Below, piece after piece: positions 48,652-60,995 of a DNA stretch of 64,000 nucleotides (positions within the stretch are counted from its first letter, which is position 1; the number at the start of each line of letters is the position of its first letter). The stretch is from Paraspadella gotoi. Taxonomy: Eukaryota; Animalia; Chaetognatha. The stretch is from assembly GCA_051294375.1 (NCBI GenBank), contig CM119270.1, positions 10,870,969 to 10,934,968 on the forward strand, written 5' to 3'. Position numbers and translations under genes: made by a program. The notes beneath the pieces were generated by a model. That model was not told the DNA's origin and searched no databases. It saw only the letters and a list, made by a program, of their open reading frames with translations.

Positions 48652-49895
48652 TATTAATAATAAATATGTTAATTATATGTATACCTATCTAGCATTACTT
48701 GGTCAAAGTCACAAAACCGAAATTTTTTATAAAGCCCGATCTTCATGAATATCCTTTAGTGTCATGAGAGTTCTTTAACACAACTAATATTAGCATTCGT
48801 TTCATCATTTTTTATCAAGTTGTAGTTGTCTCCCTTCATTTTCATTATTGTTTTCGTCGCTATCGTTTCTTTCTCCTTGTCAAATTCGTCTTGATCGTCA
48901 TCGTCATCATTGTCGTCGTCTTACTTGTCATCCATCCTAATTTTTCATCATGAAAAATTATCAGAAATATTGTTTGTTTTATATGAAAAAAAAAACAATT
49001 GATCCTGAAAAGCAAAACATTTGTTTTAGTTGACTGAGTTTTTAAAATTATTAAAAAAAAAGTACATGCCTTCTTAAAAAAAAAAATTATATAGGAAAAA
49101 ATTAAAAAGAATGAAAAAGGGTCGGCGGCGGTCTCAGTAGCCGCACCGGTCACGGTTGCCGCAACTAAGGCTTCAATCGCTGCTGCAGCGGCGAATCCGG
49201 CCGCGGAAGCGCAAGACCGCAGCGGCTTTCTTCGACTTTGCAGCGAGAAAGAGAGAGATAGAGAGAGAGTGCGGTGACAGAGACAGAGACAGAGAGATGG
49301 AGGAAACTCCCGCCTTGTTTGTCAAAAGGGTAAGGCATTAATAATTTGAGAGGGAAAAAGGTTTGACTCCCACCAACGAATGAAGGAGCGACACTTTTTT
49401 TTCTCTCTCTTTTAATTCGTCAAATATTTTGGAATATAACTATTTAATATAATACATTATGGAATATAACCATATAATATATAATACACTTTTATGACAG
49501 TTTTTTTGTGTTACAATTTTTACTTCTTTACTTTTTTACGCTGTAGGAAGTTTAAATGGAAACGTCCTGACTTCAAACTGGTTTCTTTCAAAATTCAAAA
49601 TGTTAACATATAAATTCTTTTTAAAGTATAACATATTATAATTTAGATTTATTTTGATTTAAAAAGGATAGAAATATAATAAATCTTTAATTACAATAGA
49701 TTAGGGTCGTAAATTGAATGATTCAACAGCGATCAATTTTCCGAGAAAAAGAAATCAATGAACTTAACGAGCGAACCCATGTCCCCATTGTTTTCTTTGT
49801 TTGCATTGCGCCTGCATCTCAAACAAGAACTGGTTCTCACTGGGAATTAGGGATATGGGCAACCCGCATAGAATCATAAAGAAAAAGAAAACGAA

Positions 49896-49975
<80 letters not shown>

Positions 49976-50648
49976 TCCTACATTCCAAGAATTGGCTTGT
50001 CTCCCGAACCTCGACTCCTCTTCTCAATGTCTGATACGAGGTGGTCGTTGATTCTTTCTCCCCTCTCCCCCCCCTGCCCGCCCCCTTCACAAAAAAATCG
50101 AATAAAAAAAGTCTGTGAAAATCTGTGAATGTAAGGATTCAACAAATTTGAAGAATTGGTTAACGAAGAAATTTGTGAACGAGGGTTAAAGTTTATAAAA
50201 GTCGATAAACTAAATAGATTCTGTTAATATATTACAAATGTGAAAACCTCTTGTTCTTAATTAAGAAAGTCAGTACTTGACTTGACCGAGATGTGTCGCT
50301 AAGAAAGAGACTCAATATTTCGATCAAAGAGTCAATTCTATCCTTTTTCTTTTTTCTTTCTTTTTTTATTCTCTTTCTCTCTCATCGCCTAATTACGAAA
50401 CCTTTTTTTTTATTTCCGCGATTGCAAACCTGCGCTCGGGATTCCCGCGCGCTCGCTTCACCCACAAATGGAACAAATTGCTCGTGAAATTAGACGTCGT
50501 CGTCGTCCTCGTCGTCCTCGTCGTCGTCGTCGACGTCGTCGTCGCGACCGTCGTCCACTTGGTCGTCGTAGTCATGGCGATTCTGTGGTTTAAGACATAA
50601 ATTTTATGCTCGTCGTTGTCACAATCGTTGTCTTCTCCTTCTTCGTCG

Positions 50649-50687
<39 letters not shown>

Positions 50688-53239
50688 CCATCACCATCGT
50701 CATAATCATCGTCGTCGCGTTGGTCACTCACTTTTGTCATCACCTGAATCTCCTACACGATATCGATACTATTGTTGGTTTCGTTCCAGTGTTTATGTTG
50801 TTGTTTNNNNNNNNNNNNNNNNNNNNNNNNNNNNNNNNNNNNNNNNNNNNNNNNNNNNNNNNNNNNNNNNNNNNNNNNNNNNNNNNNNNNNNNNNNNNNN
50901 NNNNNNNNNNNNNNNNNNNNNNNNNNNNNNNNNNNNNNNNNNNNNNNNNNNNNNNNNNNNNNNNNNNNNNNNNNNNNNNNNNNNNNNNNNNNNNNNNNNN
51001 NNNNNNNNNNNNNNNNNNNNNNNNNNNNNNNNNNNNNNNNNNNNNNNNNNNNNNNNNNNNNNNNNNNNNNNNNNNNNNNNNNNNNNNNNNNNNNNNNNNN
51101 NNNNNNNGATTTTTGGCTGACATCGTCAATGTCACTTTTGATGTTATTAAGACGTTATTGACGCTGGAAGCGACGACGACGACGACGACGACAACGACGA
51201 CGGAGCTGACGCGATTCCGCCAATGCAGTTGGTTGGGAAAGTCGGTGGTTCCAGGCCGGGTCTTGAAGGGGGTCCCGCTCTTTTTTTTCACTATCACACG
51301 TTCACCCGAAATGTCTTCGAATCTCCTAACATAAGTAGCCAATTTTATCAAGGGATATAACTAAGGACAAAAAGGAAACTCTGAAATATATAAACAGACA
51401 GAGACAGAGACGCGAGAATAAAAAAAGAATGACGTGATAAAACCTTCCGTTTGACTTCCGTCGCTTTTTTCTATTTATAAATCTCTTTTTAAGGATTAAA
51501 TCTCTTTTTTTTTTCAGACTTCACGAATTTGATTTTCTCAAATTCGACTGCGAGTGATTTCATTTTAAGATTCTTTTTTGGCGAGTCCTCCCATCCAATG
51601 ACGTCCTCTCTCTCTGTCTTTCTGTCTCTCTCTTTCTTTCTCTCTCTCTTTCACCCTTTCTATATTTTTCATCAATTCAGACGCCAAATTCTCTCTTCTC
51701 TCTCTCTCCTCCTCCTCTCTCTCTCCTCTCTCTCTCTCTCTCCCNNNNNNNNNNNNNNNNNNNNNNNNNNNNNNNNNNNNNNNNNNNNNNNNNNNNNNNN
51801 NNNNNNNNNNNNNNNNNNNNNNNNNNNNNNNNNNNNNNNNNNNNNNNNNNNNNNNNNNNNNNNNNNNNNNNNNNNNNNNNNNNNNNNNNNNNNNNNNNNN
51901 NNNNNNNNNNNNNNNNNNNNNNNNNNNNNNNNNNNNNNNNNNNNNNNNNNNNNNNNNNNNNNNNNNNNNNNNNNNNNNNNNNNNNNNNNNNNNNNNNNNN
52001 NNNNNNNNNNNNNNNNNNNNNNNNNNNNNNNNNNNNNNNNNNNNNNNNNNNNNNNNNNNNNNNNNNNNNNNNNNNNNNNNNNNNNNNNNNNNNNNNNNNN
52101 NNNNNNNNNNNNNNNNNNNNNNNNNNNNNNNNNNNNNNNNNNNNNNNNNNNNNNNNNNNNNNNNNNNNNNNNNNNNNNNNNNNNNNNNNNNNNNNNNNNN
52201 NNNNNNNNNNNNNNNNNNNNNNNNNNNNNNNNNNNNNNNNNNNNNNNNNNNNNNNNNNNNNNNNNNNNNNNNNNNNNNNNNNNNNNNNNNNNNNNNNNNN
52301 NNNNNNNNNNNNNNNNNNNNNNNNNNNNNNNNNNNNNNNNNNNNNNNNNNNNNNNNTCTCTCTCTCTCTTTCTTTTTCTCGTTACGGCGACGCGTCGGAA
52401 AAAGCCTCTCATCGACCTCAAAATAAACTTTTTTTAGTGAGAAACAAAAAAGACTAAAAAAGAACAACGAAAGAAAGAATAAAAAGAAAGTGATAAAAAA
52501 CTCTGCGTCAATCCCAAAAATCCCGAGGAGGGTTCTTAGCCCCTCCCCCTGAAAAAGCGGGGGAAGAAGAATGGAAATACGTCGTCGTCTTCATCGTCGT
52601 CTTCATCGTCGTCTTCATCGTCGTCGTCCTCGTCGTCGTCCTCGTCGTAGCCTCACCGATGATTCTTTTACGATATTGCGTTGAAGAAATTCGTTTGAAA
52701 TTCTACTTCCTTTTTTTTTCATCCTTTCCTCTCCTTTTTCTTTCTTCCTATCTCTCTCTCTCCCTCTCTCTCTCTTCTTTTTATTTCCTTTAGCGCAGAA
52801 TAGAAGCTTCCGGGGCCGCGGATGAGGAGGAGGAGGAGGAACAGGATGAGGAGGCAAAGAGGACGAGGACTCTCTCCCGCTATTCCAATGGGAGGATGGA
52901 AAAATCGAGAAGGAGGAGGATAAATCGCGGTGTTAGCTATTAAGACGAAGAAGAGGAAGAGGAAAAGCGAGGCTTCGTCCCCCGGGCGCTACGGAGATCG
53001 AGGGGGGGAGTACGACGACGACGACGACCGGGGAAGAAGAAAAGGAAAGAGGTAGAAAGGAGGCGGCGCTCTGAGAGGATGAGGAGGCAAAGGTGGAGGA
53101 GGAGAAGAAGGAGGAGGAAGAAGAACAGGAGGAGGAGGAGCAGATGCGCCATTGCCTTGACTCCATCCTTCTTGGTTCCAAGAAACTCCGACTTCTGAAT
53201 ACACTTCGTTTCTTTCGTCTTCATTTCCTACTTTGTTTC

Positions 53240-53309
<70 letters not shown>

Positions 53310-54219
53310 CGTGCGCGCAAATTCCATGAAATCTTCTCTCGCCAATACGCGAGGAAATATTTTTTTTGCAAAAAACATTTAACAGATAATTTAAATATCG
53401 TTAAACGTCAACTAAAAATCATCGAATTTTCCGACAAATCGAAATCACTGAAGGAATAACACATTTGCATGCGACAAATTTGAATAAATTCTTTAGTAAA
53501 GCTTTTTTTTTTCGTTTTCCGACTTTTAAATTTTTTCAACGATTTTTTCTGTCAAAATTTTATTTCGGTTTTTGCATAATCGAAATATTTTAATCATTTG
53601 CTCGAGTCATCTTTGGCGTCGATGATAGTCTTGGGTCCTTCCATATATTTTAATGAATTAAAGTATTTTTTCATGGGTCGAGACGGAGAGAGACAATGGC
53701 TGAGCGGTCAGCGGTTAGAACCCGTTTTAATATTGAACCTTCTCTGCTTCCTTTAGATTTAAATTTCCCTATTTTTTTTTATTTCTGATTTTTTTTCCCT
53801 TCTATCAGTGATTCGTTCGAGCAGTCCGTCAATGAAAAGAAAAATAAAACTGTCATAAAAACGATCATCCAAAAAATGAACCCAAACAATGCGTCACTTT
53901 TTAGAATTTCTTCTTCGAAAAAAAACTATATTTTCAATGTTCTAGTCGAAATTAGCCAAACCCTAGAAACTAAATGAAAACCTGACGATTCTCAAATGAA
54001 ATACAATGAAAAACAAAATAAATCCTCGATTTAATCGATAAATAAAGTGACACATGATATTAATCACTTGATACGCAAGAGGATTTCTCCGCCGCTTCCA
54101 AGGAAGTTTCCATTCACCCTCCTAAAACCTCCCTCCCTCATTCGTCCTCTGACTCGCCAGATCATCCCACTTTCACCTAAACTGACCAACCACCCCTCAC
54201 CCTGGCGATCCACCTTCAG

Positions 54220-54729
54220 CCCGGCGGGGCGGGCGACCCCTACGGCCCGGCCGCCGCCGCCTCCGCCGCCTCCGCCGCCGCCTACAACCACTTTTCGGCA
54301 ATGCACTTTTCCTACAACGTGGAGAATTGCTACGCGGGTTCTCTGGCCGAACACGACCTCCTCCCTCCGCTCAAGACGAGTCCGGGCCCGCCGGTGGGGG
54401 CGTTGACCGAGTATAAGTACTCGCCATGCTGCCAGGCGTTGTCCGGATCGCCGGGCAACGTCGGCGGCGGCGGTGTGGGCAACGTCGGCAACGGCGGTGG
54501 AAACGCCTCTCATCACCAACTGTCGTCGCCCCCGCCGCACATCCCGGCGCCGCTGCCGGTGACGCCGCACGCCGCCGCAGCCGCCTTGACGCCGCCCCAT
54601 CACAGTCCCTACTCGCCCGTCGGCGTCGTCTCCATGGGGGGCGTCAACGGTGCACCGACGACGCCGGCGCCGCTCGACTGCAGCTACGGAACTCGCTCCA
54701 TGTCGAGCATCGGCAACGTCAACTTTTGG
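54220..54729 (+). CDS. Internal coding exon (170 aa), Ala/Pro/Gly/His/Ser-rich, resembling a disordered transcription-factor region; family not recognised
   Basis: ccttcag| acceptor and tgg|gtaagt donor, phase 0-0, with strong third-position GC bias. Reads PGGAGDPYGPAAAASAASAAAYNHFSAMHFSYNVENCY..LTEYKYSPCC..HAAAAALTPPHHSPYSP..IGNVNFW. Confidence 0.75.
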
Positions 54730-55578
54730 GTAAGTTACTTTTTAAAATTTTTTATCACGTTAACTTTTGTTTATGGTAAGTTAACAATCTACGTACGTAC
54801 TAGATTTAACAAACCCGGACACGTTAACCCAACCACAGTTCATTTTAAAACTATTCAATCTACTTTTCGACCACTGTCACAAATATTGATGCGTACAGAA
54901 AACGATTTTGAATCACGTTTGTTCATATTTGCTTAAATTTTGAACATTTTTATAGTTACAAGTAAACAAATTTCGAGATAGTGAATGTGGAATAACTAAT
55001 TATTAGTGATTGATTAAACGATGGGATTTTTTTTAAATGGTTCTTTGACGAAATCAAAACAAGAATCGATCCGAAAGAAAAATCTGCAAAAACAAAACTC
55101 TGGATTTTGTGAAAATATAAAATGAATAGATCGAACTCAGTCATATCTAAGAAAAATATTTATGTTAACCTTCAAACTCGTTAACAACGCGAAACCATAT
55201 CGAAACTATTTATTCTCCCAGCTAATATTTTTTTTACTAATCTAAGTGTGAGTATTTTTGTAAGAAGATAAGGAAAATGATACGCGACAATGACAAAGTG
55301 AAAAAAGTAACATGTTGTTTGGAAAAGGATTCTTCGCGTTTAGGATAAACAATCGAGTCATGCTTTTCTATGAAAATTCTTCATTTATATAAAATTAAGA
55401 AAATAAAATCATAGATTATGTGTCCGTTCCGCTTTCCATTTACTGTATGTATATTCGAAAGAGAAATGTTTTTATTTCAAACAATTAACATATATTAACG
55501 AACAAAATAGTGAATAAGTTAGTGACTAGATAAATGGAAAAATGGAAAAATGTACGATTATTAGTACAAAATAGATAC

Positions 55579-55673
<95 letters not shown>
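55579..55673. repeat. (AAT)n microsatellite
   Basis: About 31 perfect units. Confidence 0.95.
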
Positions 55674-55675
<2 letters not shown>

Positions 55676-55851
55676 AGAAATGTTCCCTGATCGATCGTAG
55701 TAGGAGTAAGTGAGGATTAGCGTTGAGTCACGATTAGAAAAGACGTTGAACAATGAGCATTTAACAAGCACCTCTGGTTTCAGTCGAATTAAGTTGAAAT
55801 TAAGGGGAATTAGCCGAAGTTGACACNNNNNNNNNNNNNNNNNNNNNNNNN

Positions 55852-57790
55852 AATACGTAGCGATGCAGTGTCATCATCGGAATCCGCTTACACATACGCA
55901 AGCAATCTGATGAGAGCTTTACTTCTCAGGAGGTAAATAAATGTATACAAATAATGAAATGTTCCTAACAAAACAGCTAGGGTTTAAAACTCGAACATTC
56001 CACCCTCAATTCAAAAAAACTTAGCGTTAATTTTCTCGGTGCGCCTATTTGGTGAAATAGTGTGACTGCCAAAAGCGCCGACGAGTCCTTCATTATCCAT
56101 GATCGTTTGTTTTCGTGCACTTTCAGCATCGGAAGAAATCTATCTATTTACGCTCCAAATTACGGTAAACCGTCACCGAAGTACGAATGAAAGAATTATT
56201 CCACACCAATTGTCCATCGTCCTCTTGAGTTGTAAGTTAAAATAAGTGTCAAGCCCGTAGGACGGACCAGCGGAAAGCTTGTTACGGGCATCATAGAGTC
56301 AAATTCCTTCGAGTACGATAACCAATCCAACCAAAGCTTGTCAACCGGAGGCACCAGCCACTGGAGTTCTCGCTTCGAACAAAAGTCTAACTTCAAAGGT
56401 TTTGATGACAAGGGGAAAGTGCACCCCGCGCCTGATCACTCTTAACATTTAGCCATAAAACTGATTTCGTCAGATTTTTTTAAATAAAGACGATATTTGC
56501 AGTGACGTAATATCACTTCTATCGTATTTCAATAATCATAGAACTGATTTAACCCTATCATTTTGATCTTACTTTACAATCAGATACGAATCTCGGCCAA
56601 CATCAAAGTCCTCGACGGATTCAAAAAGCGACGCGTGGGGCGGCGGTCCAGACGTTGGCGCTGGTCGGCGCTTCCGGCTGTGGAAAGTCCACCGTCGTCA
56701 AAAACTCCTTCCAAAGGCGGTTATTCATTATTTAACTCAAACATCCATTGTCTCATACAATTCGAACATTCTACGTCCACTATACAAAATCTTTTTCGCC
56801 CACCACAGGTTTTATAACGTTTCACGTGGCGCCATCCTGTTGGACCAATCACGAAAATCGGGGGAACTGAAACTTGGAAAATTGGTCCCGATCGCAAAAT
56901 GGCGATGGTCTCGCAGGTCGGTGAAGTTGAAGAAAGAGAAAAAAAAAGGTATCTTTGAATTCAAGCTAAACCTCCGTCCCATCCGGATTTCACCGCCTCC
57001 TCATACAGGACCCTCCCGTCCTTCTTTCCAGCGGGACCATCACTGGAAAAACATCCTCTACGGAACCGAATTTCGGACGACGAAAAAAAAAGAGCGACGC
57101 TCAATGCAGGACGTGATTGGAGGCGGCGAGAGCGCCAACGCCCTACGACTTGTCAGCATCTTCCTCAAATCCTAACGAAGACCTTCGTGGTTAGTGAATC
57201 CGGAGATAGACCCCCTCCCGGAGTTTAAATTATTGTTAAAAATTGATTATTATTGATTATTATTTACTTTCTCGAAACCCGGCAGGCGAGAAGGGTGTCA
57301 ACTCAGCGGAGTCAAAAGCACGCAAAATCTGCAATCGGTGTACCCGCGGACGTGCTCCGCCGCCCCGCATCCTGCTGCTCGTGAGTCGACGTCCGCCTCT
57401 CGACAGCGGAGAGCGAGCCGAGTCGTTCAAGGAAGCGTTGACCGAGCCAAAGTCGGTCGCACTTGCATAATCAATCGCGCAGCAGGTGGATGGAAAATTG
57501 AAAAATATCTTTATCATTAAATGGATACAATACTGAATCTGTGATTAATGCCTCTTCTACCGTTTTTCCGTTCTTCAATATTATCATTTCTTTCGATTTT
57601 CATTCTTTAACCCTAGATTGTCGACAATCAAAAAACGCGGATATGATGGGGTCATGAAGGGGGAACAGCATCGTCGAGATCGGTGACTCACGAAGCAACA
57701 TCAAAGATCGAAAGGATTCTACTACGATCTCCTCACTGCGAAACGTCCAACGACGAGAGGGCAGGATCGCCTTTTAAGGACCTCAGAGCA
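55852..57790 (+). pseudogene. 3' end (end of TMD2 plus NBD2) of an ABCB1/P-glycoprotein-like transporter, heavily frameshifted in this assembly
   Basis: Motifs appear in order across GT-AG exons: YAPNYGK (~56150), YESRP..IKVLDG (56585), QTLALVGASGCGKSTVV (Walker A 56667-56693), FYNVSRGAILLD..MAMVSQ (56810-56916), ENILYG..SANA (57050-57142), GEKG..LSG..QK (57286-57319), RILLL..STSAL..VVQEAL (57366-57440), GRTCII (57454), LSTIKNAD..IVEIG..GFYYDL (57619-57730). Errors are mostly 1-bp indels, so the real gene may be intact. Confidence 0.88.
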
Positions 57791-58116
57791 TAATGTTCGA
57801 GAAATCGTACATTAATGAACAACCTGGGGGAAATTTGTGACAAAGAAATAAGCAATTTTTTAATTTAATTATTTCTGTATACATCTTTCCGATTACATAT
57901 TAATTTTGTTTCGCCTTTAAATAATCAAATACAAAAAAAAAAAATAATAAAAGACCAAATTTAATAGGTTATACGATAAGCTTTGATAGCCTACTGTAAT
58001 TCGGCGCAAAGCTTCCCAATAGATGACGAAACAAAAGCGCAGTCGAAGATAAAATAATCTGCAAAATGATAGAAAAGAAAAAATGAAGCGAGAAGAAGGC
58101 GGATAGAGCGACTTAC

Positions 58117-60600
58117 CCTGCGCGGCGGCTGTGGCGACGGAAGCGGCAGAGGATCCCGCCGCGCTCCGCCCATCATCATGACCCGCGGTGGATGCGGGGG
58201 CGTGGGTGAGGGAAGGGGTGGAGGAAGGGAATTAAGGGGATGAGATGGGTGGGAGAGGATGGGGTAGGGTGATTCGGGCGGGGAATGGGAGAGGCGAAGG
58301 GACGCGAAGGACGACGAAAGGCGGCTATTAGATTGGGTTAGTCCCGCCCGCGGTAGAAAGAAAACAAAAAAAAAAAAAAGAATGAGAGCGACATTTTTAT
58401 ATGACGACATTCATTGAATATAATAAAATAGGCATTATAAAACAGTAATGAAATACGTAAATCTTTTTAAAAAAGGAAGAAAAAAGGTGAACACGAACGT
58501 TACGAATTAATGCAAAACATTTCATAGAATAATTTTTTATCGATCGATTATCATCTGAATTAATCTCTTTCAATTCCTTCTTTTCCGATGTAATACCTTT
58601 TGCGCATCTCTCCTCTTTCTATCTCTCTCTCTATTTTTCTCTCGCTCTCATCTCCTCACCCGCCTGCGCGGCCGTCAGCCCGCGATGGCGGTCGTCGTCC
58701 GGAAGCCGCAGGTCCGGCAATCACCTGGCGCCGCCCGCTCCGGACACCGCCGTTTCTTGCCTTCAACGAACGCCGTCGATCGGATCGACGGTGAGGCGCC
58801 GTGGCGGGGTCGTCGGCCGAAGGCGGCGACGTAGAGACCCGGCTCTTGGTCCAGGTCTGGACGGGCGCCGTCCGGCGGAAAGATCGCCCGACGTCATGCT
58901 CGAGCTGATCGATGCCGTTAAACGAAGGGGCTTCCTCGTCCACCCACGATTGAATATCGCTCTTGAGGGGAGATAAAAAGGTCAGGGGTACCATTCTCAT
59001 TTCTATATTATGGAATAATGATTCTTTGTCGGTCGCGACTCGCCAAACCGATCAACGGGCGGAAAAGGAAACAAAAGGCTAGCGTGGTACCCGCCAATTC
59101 TAAAGTTCTTATACGGAAAAAAGAAATGTCCCAAATGTCTAGCGGAGCAATTCTAGTTCTATTCTACACTAAAAATCTCATAACTTGCATATAGTTGGTT
59201 TGCTCGATGCTCAATTTGTAAATGATACAAGAAAATCCTGCAAATTTAAGTGACTACTAACGCCGTAAATCCTACGCAATAAAAAAACAAAAGACGGGAA
59301 TTGCCGATGGCAGAGCGTGTCATAAATACATGGGCTAAGAAAGTTATTTGTATTCTTGTAGTCATGTCATTGCACACGTTTATGTTATTTCATGTCATAT
59401 TATGTCGATTTACGGCGCCGCAGGGACGTAGACGGCAGGTTCACGTCATGAAATATACGTGATAAGGCAGTACTGCGGGCGCAACACATTGAATACCGTT
59501 GCTTATTTCTACAATTAAGAGCATCTATTACTTTTCATAATCTTATCTTAATTCTTAACTTCTCCTTTACGTCACCTCTATCCGTTCTGATAAGCCGGGG
59601 CCTCCACGCCCACCAGGCTTACGAGCTTCTTTCGCGCCAAAGCCCGGATTGTCGTCCCACTGAGGCGCGCGGAGTTCCCCCCAATGTGGGCTCCACTTCG
59701 ACGAACCGTCGGATTCGAATGGGCGATCGGGTCGAGACGATTCACCTGGTAAGTTCAAGAGGTAAAGTTTATTATCTTTTTTAAGGGGGTGGGACGCTGC
59801 GCCTGACCTTCTCTCTGAGTAGCGGGCACTTCGGTCTCCAACGAATCGACGATTCACCTGATGCTACCGCCATCTGCTGCAGTACGTCAGCAGCCAGCTC
59901 CGTGCGGCTGCCGGCGACGTCGAGTGGACGTAGAGGGTTCAAAACTCGAGATCAACTGAGAGACGTCGCTAAGGCCGTAATGAAGAAGGAGGGGTCAAGA
60001 GTTGTTGATGAATGTTTCAATTAATTCTATCAAGGATGTTCCCAAACTCAGCGGCCAGCAACCGGACCGCTCCGCCGCTTTTTTAATCCTGCAGATACAC
60101 GAGCGAGACTTGTCCCCACAGCGGCCTCCCATTCTCTCCACGACGCCTTCAACTGCCCGCATTCCAAATCCTGAGAGTCTTTGGAGGCGACGCCGTCGGC
60201 GGCGCGCCGCTTGAAGCGCCAGCACGCTGGCGGCGTCTTGAAGGCGTTGCATTTCGGTTTGTAAGATTTCCAAGTCTAAATTCGAAGGCTTTGTGTTCCT
60301 GGAGGGGAGGAGGAAAGGGGATGGGAATGGAGAAATAAATTATGTTGTTACGTAAGACGCGCGTGCCGCCCTGTCCTGTAGCCTCTCCGCACTGTCTCTG
60401 CGTCGTTGAATCGATTCTCGCGTGAGTCCTCTCCGCTGTCATCGTGCGATTGCTTTCCCTCTGCTTACGCGGGTCGAGGCCCGCCGTCTTGTGATATCCG
60501 GCTGAGAGGTCGACCCACCCGCACCCGCGCGGCGTTCTGCGCCCTATGTAGTCTCTTCACTACAACCTTCTACATTAAGGCAGCAGGGAGCTAGCCTTCC
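58117..60600 (-). CDS. Unidentified multi-exon gene, frameshifted in the assembly, convergent with the ABCB gene
   Basis: GC-rich blocks bounded by minus-strand AG/GT: ~60098-60298 (LEILQTEMQRLQDAASVLALQAA), 59808-59968 (LYVHSTSPAAARSWLLTYCSRWR), 59571-59745 (VNRLDPIAHSNPTV..RALARKKLVSLVGVEAP), 58660-58961 (SDIQSWVDEEAP..), and a donor gtaagt at 58116. Frames switch within exons. Confidence 0.55.
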
Positions 60601-60611
60601 GACGGTCGGCC

Positions 60612-60668
60612 TTCTCTCTCTCCTCTGCCATTGGATATCTTCTTTCTTTCTTTTTTCTTTCTTTCTTT

Positions 60669-60705
<37 letters not shown>

Positions 60706-60945
60706 TTTCTTTTCTTTCTCTTCTTTTCTTGCGTTTTTTTCTTTCTTGTTTTTCTTTCTTTCTTTTTTGTTATATGTTTTTCAGTTCACAATATTTTTTA
60801 AGATCTAAAAAAAAAGAATAGTTTTTTCTATAAATAAAAAAATGATTTAAGTCAAAAATAATCTTTGTTTCAGCACGGAAAGTCAATTCTTAACATATCC
60901 AAGATGCTAAACATTCCACGAACAAATATCGGTAGAGAAAGTAAG

Positions 60946-60995
<50 letters not shown>

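Noticed and set aside
49095-49330. GC-rich Ala-rich segment ending at a gtaagg donor
   Set aside because: The Ala-rich frame stops before the donor and no partner exon or motif was found. It may be UTR.
52800-53200. Glu-rich or Ser-rich short ORFs
   Set aside because: Explained by (GAG)n and (GAC)n low complexity, with stops in the plausible frames and no splice support.
55905-55935. CTGATGA as a hammerhead core (also at ~10009 and ~41594)
   Set aside because: No stem II followed by GAAA at these sites.
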